Notes: generated by a model not told the origin, from the sequence alone. 64,000 nt of DNA from Eledone cirrhosa (GCA_964016885.1 OZ024740.1:247504001-247568000), one strand, 5' to 3'; counted from the first letter of the stretch, positions 12,361 to 27,024 are shown. Translations and numbers: made by a program.

Positions 12361-13059
12361 GAACCTATACAATACAAAACTTTTCAAAAAAAAAAATAAA
12401 GTATTTATTTATTTTAGTGTTTCATGCGTGTGTATGTAATCGAACACAATGGCTTTTCTGCTGCGCCTCATCAGTGAGTTTAGAAAATCGAGGTTCAACA
12501 CTAGTTAATGCCAGTCTCATACACTCGTCAATTGCTGACAGTTTATTCCTCTTCTTTGTGCAGATTTCCACCAACTGCGAAAACCCTTTTTCGCACAAGT
12601 AGCTAGATGGGAATAAAGTCAAATACTTCAATGCAAGTTGGCTGATTTCATTAAACTCCCCAATCAAGAATAAGTCGATCCAAAGTTCTTTCTTTCTGCT
12701 TTCGAATATCACTTTCTGGTCTTCGTTTGAATTCAAATCCATCAACTGATGTAAGCATTGGGCAGGTAGTAAATTTTACAATTTCCAGCGTCATTTTCTG
12801 ACACTAACTGCTCGATCTCGGTGAACGGGTTTTTTATCCATAAATTTCCGCTAACAATATCTTTTTCCATCAAGTCAAAATAATCTGAAAAACCTGTGGA
12901 AAGCACATTTAAATGAGAAAGAATAATCTTCTTTAGATTGCTGGAGTCAAAATGTTCTCTCTTTAAGCTCTATTTCAAGGTTTGAAAGTAATTGTCCGAT
13001 TCAATTCTTTTTATACAGATGTTTAATTTTGATTGAAAATCATCATTTCATTTTACGTC

Positions 13060-13380
13060 CCCTTTTCCCTGCTTGCAAGGGTGGGACGGGAACTGATTCT
13101 GGCTTGATTTCTACAGCTGGATGCCCTTCCTAACACCAACCTCGTTAACTGTGAGTGCTGGGTGCTTTTTTTTTGCTGTGGCACCTCCACGTCCACTTTG
13201 CAGTGGAATGATATGGGCCCCAGTCCCTATCATCTCATTTCTACAGCTGAGTAAACTGGAGCAATGTGAAATAAAGTGTCTTGCTCAAGGAAACAACACA
13301 TCACCCGGTCTGAGAATTGAACTCACAACCTTTCGATTGCAAGGCCAATGCTCTAACCACTAAGCCATGTGCCTCCATGT
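13060..13380 (-). mobile_element. tRNA-derived SINE
   Basis: Reverse complement begins ggaggcacatggcttagtggttagag (A box) followed by a gagttcaattc B box. Same family as 29355-29640. Confidence 0.75.
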
Positions 13381-13469
13381 GTGTATTATTTTATTTTTTA
13401 CCCAGACTTAATTCAATCTTTGACATTCATTGCTTGTAATGTCTATTATATATTAACTGTTTTGGTGAT

Positions 13470-13814
13470 CTATGTGCCACTGACACCATAATGGTTGTTG
13501 ATTGCATCAATTAATTCTTTCTTTTTCTTTGCAAAACATTTGATATCATTTTCTCTCATCATTTTTCCTAGTTCAGCCAGTTTAAGTTTTTCCAGCTTTC
13601 CCTCCATGCACAATACTTTCAAGTCTTGGTCAGTAAGTGGACGTTTGCTAGATTCATGTGATGCATCACTTCCTGAAGCTCGCTTCTTCTTGTTATCTGG
13701 GTTGTAGTCACTGGGAAAGATGGCTTCTTTGAATTGATGGATTTCATCTTTAGCTTTCCTATCTATTTTATCATTATCTGGCTTTGTATTGTCAACAAAT
13801 TCTTCAGGGCATTC
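13470..13814 (-). pseudogene. XRCC6: Ku70 terminal exon (linker plus SAP domain), displaced copy
   Basis: ECPEEFVDNTKP...FKEAIFPSDYNPD...SKRP...GKLEKLKLAEL...KKKELIDAINNHY parallels the Ku70 C-terminus (D.T.P, FKELVYPPDYNP, SKRPK, SAP). It is preceded by an acceptor-like ttttcaag and ends in a stop. Confidence 0.82.
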
Positions 13815-16144
13815 CTTGAAAATATGTAATAAAATTGATTGAAGTAAAAATATCTGCATTGTTACCCTGAAGACACTTATTTAGTTTGTTCAGCTCACCA
13901 AAAATGTCTACTAAATAAGCGAGTTGCACATTCCATTCATTCGTTTTTAATACACTTGCTCTTTCATCATTCTGTTTTTTTAGAAAAACTATTATTTCTT
14001 CTCTCAGTTCAAAAACTCTCTTCATAGCATCCCCAAAAGACAGCCAACGCACATCAATGTTCAATTACAAATCTATTATAATTACTTCCAGAAGATTCAC
14101 AAATAGATTCAAACATTCTAGAATTTTTTGCTCTTGCATGGATCAAATTGATAATTTTGACAATGTCTTTCAGCTGGTCATTTAATATTTGAGCATCTCT
14201 GTCTTTGAATTTTTTTTAACACAAAACCTCTCGATGAATCATTCAATGATTTGAAATACAATTTTGGGTCTGTTCTTTAATTTTTGCAATCAAACCAGAA
14301 TTTATTAATATCCGTAGTTTCGTCCACTTGCAGTCCAAAACATTGGCTTTTCTTTAGTGCAGTTAGTATCTGATTTTCTATATCAGAAGAAATATCAATT
14401 ATCCCTCTTTTTACGGTATTTGCTGACAATGGTAACTGGCTTAATTTTTCTTTGTCCTTAATACTGCAGCTTTCAAAAAGATTCTCTGTAGCAATTTTTA
14501 TACTTGGCAGAATTAACTGTTCTCCTAATGTAAATGGTTTCTTGTTTTTACCAATCAAATGTGAAATCTCAAAAGATGTTCTTGTTAAAGCTTTATTTCT
14601 ATCTGACTTTTTACAAAACAAGTCATACATATTAGCTTGTGATTTTTTAATGTTGTTTTTCAGCGAAGTAAATTATTCAAGTGATTTGTTTTTATCATTG
14701 GTGTGATTAGTATCAATGTGTCTTTTAAGTTTTGCAGGATTTAAACAGCTATTTGATAGAACCTTTGAACATAGCAAACACATGGGCTGATCTGGTGTAT
14801 CTTTTTTTAGTGTCAGCTTTTTGAAATCCATATCTAACATAATCATCACACCACTGTCTAACCTTACTGCTGGTATCTAACTTCAGCTTCTTTGCAGTAG
14901 ACATCATATCAATGTTATTTATCTACAGTTAACACTTTTAATATGACATTAATAAACAAGAGAAATTAACAGTTTTTTTAATTACAAAAAGTACTTAAAT
15001 TAACTTTAATTTTAGATATTTAGAAAAACTTAACTAGTTAAAAAAAATTTTAATTTAAAAAAATTGAAATTTCTCCATTTTAGGATGGCAAAAATATTAT
15101 TTAAAGTCTTATAATAATATTAAAATATTAGGGGTTACTGAAAAAGGTGCAAATTTATGAACAACTAGAAGAAATTTTTTTCAGAGTCCAGCACTTTCCG
15201 CATATACTACTTTAGTGTCGTATTAAATATTATTGGTAATGTAAATATATTTCATCAAATGAATACATAATTGTGTGGCAAAGTTTATAGTGTATGCATG
15301 GAATACAAAATTACCTTTGTTAGTAGTCAAAACTTTACAGTCGTTATATTTTCTGTGCAAAGTACAACAGAATGTAACGTGTTCTTATTTAGAATTGTCT
15401 GTGGAACTGGATGCATGTTAAAAACGACTAGTAAGCGAGTTCACTCAGTGAGGAAACTTTAGACGACTTTAAAGCTTTTGTGAGGGCAGCAGATTAAAAC
15501 GTGTTCTTATTGAAAACATTCTACTGAACTTACGCTGTGAGAACAGCGAACTGACCCTGTCTCTTGGCTGAGAGACCTCGCTGAACTGAAGTTTTCAGTT
15601 TAAAGTTATGCTGTCATCGACCAACATTTACTTGTTCGTGATTGGTCAATTTCTAAGTTCAATTAGTGTATTATCAGTAGTAGTCAAATTCTCGGAATTC
15701 AGAAAACTGTCTTTCCAAGTATTAATGTGAAATTGAAAGTACTCAATTTCCACGAATCTCAGAACAGTGTTTTTCTGGTAATTCAAGTGAGAAACTGAAA
15801 GTAGTGTTTTTCACGAATTGGAGTGGAGAACCTGTGTACACTACAATAGTACTTGTTCATTTATACATTGCACCTTTGGCATTTTCTTTGCACCTTTTTC
15901 AGAAAACCCAAAATATTAATGGTAATGTAAATATTTATTCTTTTAAGGAACCCGGAGTTTGTTCTAAACCATGTTGGCGACCAGTGTATTAGTGTACCAA
16001 TTTCACCGAAACTTGAACGTACGGTTTAGGAGGAGATGTGTGCCGACTGTTTTAGTAGACAGACAACCTCAGTTTTATATATAGATTGACCGTCCACACT
16101 TTTCTATACAGTCTGTCTTCTATACAGCCTTTATACTTGCAACG

Positions 16145-16194
<50 letters not shown>

Positions 16195-16226
16195 ATAAAT
16201 GGAAACTATATTTATAAAACCATATC

Positions 16227-16292
16227 TATTTCATTATATATATTTCAGGGATATCATATTAACAATATGCTATGCCTTCCTCAGACAAAATA
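16227..16292 (-). ncRNA. Type I hammerhead ribozyme (mirror of 17445..17510)
   Basis: Reverse complement of the motif at 17445. Confidence 0.75.
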
Positions 16293-17444
16293 CAATATAA
16301 ACAGTTTTATAGATAAATAGATTCGACATACCGTAACAACATCGACTTGTATTTGAAAAGGTTGATTTGGTAGTGAAAAAATTGTACACAGAGAGAAAGA
16401 AAGAGAGAAAAAAAGGAAAGAAAGACAGAAAACGAAGAAAAAGAAGAAAAAGAAGAAATGCATGGAACAAAATAGAGAGATGGAAAGATAGATAAAGAGA
16501 ATATTCTTTCGTAATATTTTTTAGTTTTCTATTTTATTATTACTTATTATGATTATTGTTATTTTTAGTTTTGTTTCTGATATATTTTTATTTTTATTAG
16601 TATATTGAAATCTGCTCTATTTTTGCTTGATAGATAATCTTGTAGAGTAAAGACAGAAATAGTAATATTGACTCTATATATATTTGTGTATATATATATA
16701 CACATATATGTATACTTAAATGTTTATACCACATTGAGAATGTTTTCCGTGAACTTAGGGTTTGCAGAGTTGATCATGTAGATTCACATAGATGTTTGTA
16801 ATTATCACATAAACATATGAATTTTTTTTAAAAAACTAAACATAAGATCATTAATTTTCACACATTGTGGATACATGTCTCATTCAGGAATACTGATATT
16901 TACAATGTAGTGGCTGGTTTTGTAAATACTAATACCTCTACATTAAAACAGAGGTTTTTTACGCCTCGCCTGTGTCTGGTTATTTTTAAATTTTTTCTCT
17001 CTCTATATTTTTTCTCTCTCTATATTTTTTTCTCTCTCTATATAACAGCTGGTTTCTCTCCATATATCTCCCTTACATTAATACTAGAGCTAAATAAATA
17101 AATAAATAAATAAATGTATCATTGATACGTTATTCAACAGACGTCCCACTACCTAGTTTTCTATATATATGTATCTATCTCTATTTCCTCTCTCTCTCTA
17201 TATATATATATCTTTCTGTTTCTTTACATGAAGTTCTTCTCTTTATCTATCTTTCCATCTCTCTATTTTGTTCCATGCATTTCTTCTTTTTCTTCTTTTT
17301 CTTCGTTTTCTGTCTTTCTTTCCTTTTTTCTCTCTTTCTTTCTCTCTGTGTACAATTTTTTCACTACCAAATCAACCTTTTCAAATACAAGTCGATGTTG
17401 TTACGGTATGTCGAATCTATTTATCTATAAAACTGTTTATATTG

Positions 17445-17510
17445 TATTTTGTCTGAGGAAGGCATAGCATATTGTTAATATGATATCCCTGAAATATATA
17501 TAATGAAATA
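17445..17510 (+). ncRNA. Type I hammerhead ribozyme
   Basis: tattttgt-CTGAGGA-agg...cct-GAA-ATATATAT-A-atgaaata: stem I 8 bp including GU pairs, palindromic stem III. Confidence 0.75.
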
Positions 17511-17637
17511 GATATGGTTTTATAAATATAGTTTCCATTTATTTAATATTGTAAATATACTCCAAATATTTGTCGAGTGCTTTTATATCAGTTATAAATA
17601 TTTACTAGTTGTAACCCAACAATTTAAATATAACTTT

Positions 17638-17675
<38 letters not shown>

Positions 17676-17792
17676 CAAATAGTGAAAACAATGAAATTAA
17701 ACAAAATACGGGTAATTCATAGTAAAACTCATTATTTTACGATCGTTTCTGGGGGGGTAGTTCTCTGTATGTACATTTCTATATATATATAT

Positions 17793-17829
<37 letters not shown>

Positions 17830-18124
17830 AAGAGAGAGGGAGAGAGAGAGAGAGAGATAGAGAGCGAGCGAAAGAGAGAGAGAGCGAGAGAGAGGGAGAA
17901 AGAGAGAGAGAGACATAAATGAGTGAAGAATAACATGGATTGGATGTACAATAGGGTTTATTTGATGTATTAAAAAATGTTTCATTAGCCCGTTGTGTCT
18001 AAAAACCGCTATTCGCAGTGCGCTAGGATTTATAGATACATTTAAAATACCAAGAATAATAAGAAGGAAAGTATAGTGAAGAGGGGGATATTAGGATAAT
18101 GGCATGAACACATAGTAATAATAA

Positions 18125-18300
18125 TTGTTTCTACTTTTGGCACAAGGCCAGCAATTCACCAGTGCATTACTGGTACATTATTTTATCGACCCCGTGAGGA
18201 TCAAAGGCCAAGTTAACCTTGGCGGGATTCGAACTCTGACCGCTAAGGGCGTAACATTGCTGCAAAGAATGGCGTCCGACCCTCTACCGATACTAGGAAA
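18125..18300 (-). mobile_element. SINE (family also at 27025-27210, 31975-32160 and 59220-59355)
   Basis: Shared core ttctacttttggcacaaggccagcaatt...ttttatcgaccc...ggcgggattcgaact with a B box. Confidence 0.75.
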
Positions 18301-19141
18301 AAGTGGTATGACAAGATAAGATAAGTAAAATAATAAGAAGTAAGAAAATAATAGCGATAGTAACAATAATAATAAAAAAAATTTTTTTAAATACCGGTTG
18401 TGTTGAAATTAAAGATGGGAAGTGAGGATTCAGTTACATTGGTAACTGGACAGTGTAATAAAATGGGATGAGATAAAACGAAAGGATAATGGCGACAGTG
18501 TAATAAAGTGGCATAGGATGAATTAAAGAGATAAAATATACAATAAAAAGATAACGATAACAGATGGGTAACGGGACGTCCCAATGCGGACTATGGAATT
18601 ACTCCATATTCTGCAGTATAATAAGACGCTACTAAATAGCAAAATCGAGTGTACAATTTTCTGTAGGCACAAAGACGCTCGTACATTTTCGAATTCCAAA
18701 CCGAGATAAACAGGATTCGATCCAGCAACCTCACTATCCATATAAACAACACAACTCCCGGATTTATAACATCTACAATACTGGCGCCAACGAACCACTT
18801 TAACATCTCCTTACCAAAGTCAACGGTTAATCACGGACGAGTGAAAGCTTTCTGCACCACTTCATAAGTTACACCACCAACTAATAGAAATCAAAATAAT
18901 AAATTTTTGACCAATCGGACGCAAGAATAACCGACACTCGATAAAGCATTCCTTCTTTAAAGATACACCCCTTCAAATCCCTTCCCTCACATACAACACC
19001 AATCACCCTCTATAGCCAACATCACCCCCAATCCTAATTACCAGTCTGTTATCATTAACTTTCCGTTTTTTTATTTTTTTTATCTCTTTATTTCATTGTA
19101 TCCCACTTTATATCACAAATACACACACACACACACGCACA

Positions 19142-19221
<80 letters not shown>

Positions 19222-19419
19222 AAAATGAGGTAAATATCTCTCTGAGTACTAAGTACCCATAGAGATATATAGGGTGTCTATAATATAATTGTTGTTCTAT
19301 GGTACTAATTCGAGATACCAGAACTATAAAAATTGAGATGAGCAGAACAAACAAACATTAAAAAATTCTTTAAATAAATTAAAAAATGATTTAAATATCT
19401 ACCTGTTCGCAATGCTATA

Positions 19420-19467
<48 letters not shown>

Positions 19468-19489
19468 CGTTTCTGAATTTGTTTAGCAA

Positions 19490-20268
19490 GATTCTTTATC
19501 TGAAAACGTGTGTTGAAACCGATATTGCATACTTTGGGAGGGTCATGTTGCCAATAAGAAACACAAGCACCAGTTGCTTTCACTCTAATTTATTATAAAT
19601 CAAATTTATGAATTTAAAAATTTATAAATTTCCGGTTGGTTGGTTGGTTCCACAACCGGACGGTTGTTCATATATTGTCAAAGTTTTTCGTCACACATTC
19701 TGTGACCTCTCCAGTGACTGGGGATTTTTCTTTATTTTGTGCCTCTCTTTGTTCTGTCCTACGCCATCTTGTTTTTGTGTGTGTTGGCTCCAGTTGAGAT
19801 GGAAAGCCAGCTGCGTTCGGGCTTCTTCTCAATATGTCATTGAGTGCGGCGTGTCGGGGGAAACAACACACACAAAAACAAGATGGCGTAGGACAGAACA
19901 AAGGAGAGGCACAAAACAAAGAAAATAATCCCCAGTCACTGAAGAGGTCACATAATGTGTGACGAAAGAACTTTAACAATATATGAACAACCGTCGTGTC
20001 GGGGGATCCAACACACACAAAAACAAGATGGCGTAGGACAGAACAAAGGCGAGGCACAAAACAAAGAAAAGCATCCCCAGTCACTGAAGAGGTCACATAA
20101 TGTGTGACGAAAGAACTTGACAATATATGAACAACCGTCTGGTTGTGGAACCAAGCAACCAATCGGAAATTTATAAATTTTTAAATTTATAAATTTAATT
20201 TATAATAAATTGAAGTGAAAGTAAATGGTGCGTGTGTTTTTATTGGTAACATGACCCTCCCAAAGTAT

Positions 20269-20275
<7 letters not shown>
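19490..20275. repeat. Fold-back array of a roughly 330-bp hammerhead-bearing non-coding element
   Basis: Inverted arm 19490-19785 faces a right arm carrying a ~140-bp tandem duplication. A monomer lies at ~52795-53130 and a diverged fold-back at ~25880-26225. Bounded by (TA)n. Confidence 0.9.
19935..20121 (+). ncRNA. Two tandem minimal hammerheads (19935-19977 and 20080-20121)
   Basis: gtca-CTGAAGA-g-gtcaca...tgtgac-GAA-AGAACT-T-t(g/a)ac. Each copy has one stem I defect. The mirror copy at 19677-19718 has core CTGGAGA. Confidence 0.65.
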
Positions 20276-20330
<55 letters not shown>

Positions 20331-20974
20331 GGGTATAAGTATCGTAAGAGAGGAGGAAGCAGAGAGGTACAAAGAGGTGAGATACAGAATACTAAATGCC
20401 AATAGCCGGAGCGTGGTGTGCTTAATGCTTGGGTTAGCAGAGTTAAATATTAGAGGAAGTTAATATTTAGCGTATAGTTTAAGCAGAGCCGGAATAAGCA
20501 AATGAATGAATGAAGGAAGGACTTACAAGCCGTTAAAACAAGTTCTTTATATAGCTCTTACACATGTTTCGCCCATATGGGGACTTCGGAGAGATAATAG
20601 TTTGAATGATGACATCAATAAGTACAGATACGGTTGAGAATTTTACTTTAATTTCACATCGCCCTGCATTATACCTGAAAAAATGTAAACAGAATGGCGT
20701 CGGTGAAAGTGGCATAATCCATTAAGGGAGGTAATTATACGGTGTTAGGCCTCAGATTCCTTTAAGTATTTTTTAACCTATCTCGGCGTTGCGGGAAGGT
20801 TTAGCAGGGTAAGTCTAACTCAGTAGGTGATGCGCAGTGCCTTGGTAGAAATCTGATGGCTGGTTGATAGTGTCAGACACTGCACTTTGGTATACCTAGT
20901 GCAGGTGGACTAAATTGAAGTGTGATGCAGAAAGCTGTGGAAATATGATGTTATTCCGGTTCTAGAGATCATCT

Positions 20975-22600
20975 CTAGAAGGAGTGCTGCAGTCTGTGGC
21001 CGCAATTGATGACCGTTTTAGCCCGACTATTAATGAGTTCCTGGGGTGAGTTCATTATATAGTATATTTCCATTAGGCGGAGCTGGCAATTTTTCCTGAA
21101 ATTATATGGGGTTGCTTGGTTAACCATTTTCCATTGTGTGGTGTAGCTAATGTTAGATTCAGTTAGTTGAGTAATATAATTAGCGAGGAAGGTAGAGAAT
21201 CTTAGTTTCTTATTCCTAAAGGAGTGGAGATGTGATCTAAATCTAGTCTTCAATTCATTAGAAGTGGCGCCTACGTATGACCTAGAGCTACTATAACTCG
21301 TCACAGTGCATTTATAGATTACGTTTCTAATCAAGCAGTGGCCCTGGGGTGGACAGTTGTTGTGGTTTCGGCAATTGCAATGGCTTGTGTTGTTATTTCT
21401 AAAGTGGTGAGGTCCGCTGATATCATTACTACTGTCATTGCTGAGGTTGGCATTATTACAGTTATAGTCCTGCGATATGGTGCTATTTCTGTTGTTCCCA
21501 TTACGGTCCCTTCTACAGCTGCGGTTATCGCTGCTATGGTTTCTAACCTGGTCGCCAGTTCTACTATTAGTGCTGTGGTTAGTCTCTATGGTGTTGCTAT
21601 TGTTGACGTAATTGCTAATACTATGATTATTATCCTGGTTTCTATTACTGCTACTAGTTTCTATTACTGCTACTGGTCAACGGTGTTGTTAAGGTTATCA
21701 GGGTGGCCAGATACCTCAATGTTGGCATTACAGGCTGGCTTTATTCTAGTGAGCTTTCTGTGGTTGCTAAGTGCTATTAGATCGGCTACGTTACGTGTAG
21801 TAGAGTAAGAGATTTTGACGACATTCTTGATGAGGATCTTGTGGTACCTATGGTTAAGTGGGAAGTTCCTCTCTAAGGCATCGAAGAAGATTCGAGGTAT
21901 GCTAGAGGCTATATTCCTAGAGTAGGGGGGAAGGAACCATATGACATAACGCCGGCGTTTCCGTGTCGCCGTTGGGCCAGTGTGGTTGTTTAAGCCCTGG
22001 TGGGTTTCTACTGTGGCAGTTAGACTGCTGCCTGTTGTGCACTCTGTTTCTATTAGTCCCATGTGTTAACCTACCCCCTGCTGGGCCGATCCGGGTTACC
22101 CTATGTTTGCTGGTAGGTGAAGGTAAGATACCGTCACCATTGTTAAGCCTGTATGCGGGGAATTTTTCTAGTAAGCTATTGCTAGTTATACTGTCTGGAA
22201 TAGATTGGCACCGGTATAGGGATTCCCCTGGCCCCCCACACTTGCTGTTGTGATATTGGCCAAGGCTAGTCGCAATGCTAGTTCGATCTGTATATTTCCC
22301 ATTAACAAGTCCGCTGCCGCGGTGGTTATTGGTGCGACACGCCATTACACTGGTCTTATGGGAGGGGGAGGACAAGTAGAACCAGCGTCCTGGATGTAAG
22401 AAATCCTACTGCTATACCCAGTTTCGACCAGTGCCTTGTTGTAGTAGTCAGCAGTTTGGTTGAAGAGATCCTCGTTGGCCGACAGCCTCGAGATTATGTG
22501 CGAGATGCTACTCACTATAGAGTTAAGTGTAGATTTGGGGTGGTTAGGTGCTTTGTTAGTGTAAGACAGGACCTCTCCTGGCTTGTGGTACGGTCGCTAT
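20975..22600 (-). mobile_element. Penelope-like element 3' part: RT thumb, low-complexity linkers, GIY-YIG endonuclease
   Basis: VIYKCTV...SYVGATSNELKTRF...CQL; VIWFLPPYS; FPLNHRYHKI; KISYSTT; frameshifted. Confidence 0.88.
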
Positions 22601-22619
22601 TACGTTAACTTCTCAGGAT

Positions 22620-22900
22620 ATTGATCCTTTCTTCAATGCACAGCCCACAAGCCGGTATTTGCGACCTATGGGGAAGTGTCCATCTAAGAGAGCTAAAAAA
22701 ATGTTTTCCTACATTAGTTATAACGTTGAGTGAGAAGTGGGGGAGAGAACCAAAATGTTTTTCTATTAGCACGATTAATTTTCCTATTGCTGTCGGTGTT
22801 AGCAGGGGAGTAAATAATTGGTTGTGAGAAGCCGATTTTAGCTAACGACGCGTTGTAATAGAATGCCGCTCTGTCAAAGATTGCCGAATTAAGCTGTACA
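22620..22900 (-). mobile_element. Short PLE fragment
   Basis: AAFYYNASLAKIGF...FWFSPP. Confidence 0.65.
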
Positions 22901-22947
22901 GTTTCTAGCAACCATCGTTGCCCATTTGTTCAATACTGGCAAAGGAA

Positions 22948-22988
22948 CGCTGTACTAGTTTCAAGCTTATTAGCTATCGTCAGCAGCG
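22948..22988 (-). ncRNA. Minimal type I hammerhead ribozyme
   Basis: cgctg-CTGACGA-t-agct-aata-agct-t-GAA-ACTAGT-A-cagcg: perfect stem I, palindromic stem III, GUA site. Confidence 0.88.
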
Positions 22989-23374
22989 TATACCTTCCTG
23001 CCAGATGGTTGAACGTCTGAAAATATATACTTTCATTATGCATATTAACGGCTGAGCAGCCTAATTTGCAGATCGAGTGAGTTAATCGGCCGGGGTACCG
23101 AAAACGATAAACGGAAAAAATGAAACGAAATTTCATTTCTCACTCTTAGTACGGCTGTTACTTAAATATAAGTATGTATACGTACATACATATATGTATA
23201 CATACGTACAGTAGTATGTATATATATATATACATGCACACATATATATATGTACGTATGGATTCACCGAACATTTATTATAATGCTCGGCGTGTTTGTA
23301 AACAAACATCCCGAATTAAGCCGTACAGCGTCTAGCAACCATCGTTGCTCATTTGTTCAACACTGACAAAGGAA

Positions 23375-23415
23375 CGCTGTATTAGTTTCAAGCTTATTAG
23401 CTCTCGTCAGCAACG
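23375..23415 (-). ncRNA. Minimal type I hammerhead ribozyme, second copy
   Basis: cgttg-CTGACGA-gagct-aata-agctt-GAA-ACTAAT-A-cagcg, with one stem III substitution. Confidence 0.7.
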
Positions 23416-23684
23416 TATACCTTCCTTCCAGATGGTTGAACGTCTAGCAACGATGGTTGCTAGACATTGTACGGCTTAATTCGGGATGTTTGTTTACAAA
23501 CACACCGAGTATTATAATAAATGTTCGGTGAATCCATACGTACATATATATATGTGTGCATGTATGTATATATATATACATACTACTGTACGTATGTATA
23601 CATATATGTATGTACGTATACATACTTATATTTAAGTAACAGCCGTACTAAGATTGAGAAATGAAATTTCGTTTCATTTTTTCC

Positions 23685-25115
<1,431 letters not shown>

Positions 25116-25125
25116 ACAAAATTGA

Positions 25126-25246
<121 letters not shown>

Positions 25247-25405
25247 TTATCTCCGATGATCTGGTTAAGCTAACAACGTATTTGAAATTGAGTGGAATTG
25301 CTTCTAGTGTTCAGTAATTTTTAGACAACTTAATCAGTGAAACAATTGTCAGACTGAAAATAAAACCCTTTTTTGTACTGTTGACCATGTTATTCTTCAC
25401 TTTTT

Positions 25406-25452
<47 letters not shown>

Positions 25453-25560
25453 AAGGCGGCCGACCGGACTAGAAACTGCTAAATGTTTGGCCGCCTTCTT
25501 GTCTCTCTGCCTTTTCAGCCCCATGGATTGTGTCTATTATATTTCTTTGTTAAAATTTGA

Positions 25561-25618
25561 ATACCTGATGATGTCACCGGATTCATACTGAAGCTGGTCA
25601 TTGAAATGTTCATAGTAT
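25561..25618 (+). ncRNA. Type I hammerhead ribozyme
   Basis: atac-CTGATGA-...accgg...ctggt...-GAA-ATG-tt-CAT-A-gtat. Confidence 0.72.
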
Positions 25619-25809
25619 AATAAACCTTTAAGGAATTACACCAGTCCAGCCTCCTGTTATTTTATAATAATTAACTCTGTATTCGCACCATCAACAACAC
25701 AAACGATGAAGTATGAGCTGCATTACGTTGAGTGCTCTCCCTAATATTACATGATGGTTAACTATACGGAATGACCAGTTCTATCCAGTAGGAAACCAAC
25801 AAACCTAAA

Positions 25810-25882
<73 letters not shown>

Positions 25883-27024
25883 TTCGTATTTGTATTTTGA
25901 TATCTGAGAATGTGTGTTGAAACAGATGCTGTTATACTTGGAGTGTGGAGGAGGTCAGGCTGGCAATAAAAACAAACGCACATGTTGGTTTCCACTTCAA
26001 TTTATTACACACAAAAGCAAGATGGTGTAGGATACAGAAAGGAGAGACACAAAATAACAAATTAGTCACTGAAGTCACATAATGTGTGATAAAAAGCTTT
26101 GACAATAAATAAACAACCCTCCGTTTATTAAACCAACCAACCGGAAACCTTTAATACATAGAAGTGAAAACAAACATGTGCATGTGTTTTTATTGGCAAC
26201 ATGACCCTTCTAAAATATAACAATATATATATATAATTTATAATATATTTTGAGAGAAAATATCAGTAAAAAAAGATTAAAAAAAGAGGAGAAATAATAA
26301 GATAATATGAAACAAAACAATATGATTTCCTTAAATACCTGCAAATGTAACATTTTTTACCCCTTCCCTATGTAAAATTTCGTTTCCAAGTACGAAACGT
26401 AAGAGAAAAACTATATATATCTATCAATGTTTGTTTAACTATCAACATACATCTGAGCGTGTTTGTTCGGATTGATAAAGGTGGATTTTCCTTATCGGTA
26501 TTCATGGGAAAGAAAATATGTTTGATAAAAGCTACAAAAAGTAATCGATAAAATAAGACATAATGCTAAAGAAGTATTGTTGCTACGTGATGTATATGTG
26601 TATGTAATACAAATTGTATGCATGGGCAGAGAATACAAAAATAAATAAATAAACAGATAAAATAAAAATGGCGTAGACACACAATACAACACAAGGAACA
26701 TAATAGTACCACTGATGATGTTGCATATGTGCAACGAAAGAACTTTTTTAGACTATATATATGTATTTACATCTGTATTTTTCACCGTTGGTCAGTAAAT
26801 GATAAACATTGAGGACCAAATGAATTAACTGTGGAGATATAAAAGATACAGAAGCTAAAACCAACCAAACAGGGAGTGTGTTCTGTTATTATTTATGGCA
26901 ATATTATTACAACAATATGACCCTCCCCAAGTATAACAATATATATATCTATATATATATATGTATATATTTTTTTTCCTGTACTAATCGTGGTCTTAGT
27001 GAAAATATATTCAGTTTAATATAA

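Larger units (their letters stand above)
12422..14907 (-). pseudogene. hAT (Buster/Charlie, ZBED5/SCAND3-like) transposase, frameshifted and interrupted
   Basis: BED finger PMCLLCSKVL...KLKRHIDTNH; KPFTLGEQLILP; LSANTVKR; GLQVDETTD; VRWLS; LAYLVDIF; C-terminal FPSSYLCEKGFS...KKRNKL. TIRs were not identified. Confidence 0.9.
16187..17550. repeat. Inverted repeat with about 310-bp near-identical arms, each containing a hammerhead
   Basis: 16187-16500 is the reverse complement of ~17240-17550; (TA)n lies on both sides. Confidence 0.92.

Noticed and set aside
13804-13859. Transposase-Ku70 fusion protein
   Set aside because: The transposase frame stops at 13804 and Ku70 is in a different frame; the transposase is also broken upstream.
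21338-21808. Hydrophobic 156-aa + strand ORF resembling a membrane protein
   Set aside because: Antisense of the Asn/Ser/Thr-rich linker in the minus-strand PLE.
26705-26755. CTGATGA-tgttgca..tgcaac-GAAAGAACTT hammerhead-like core
   Set aside because: Stem I does not pair adjacent to the core; at best a decayed relative of the 19.9-kb family.
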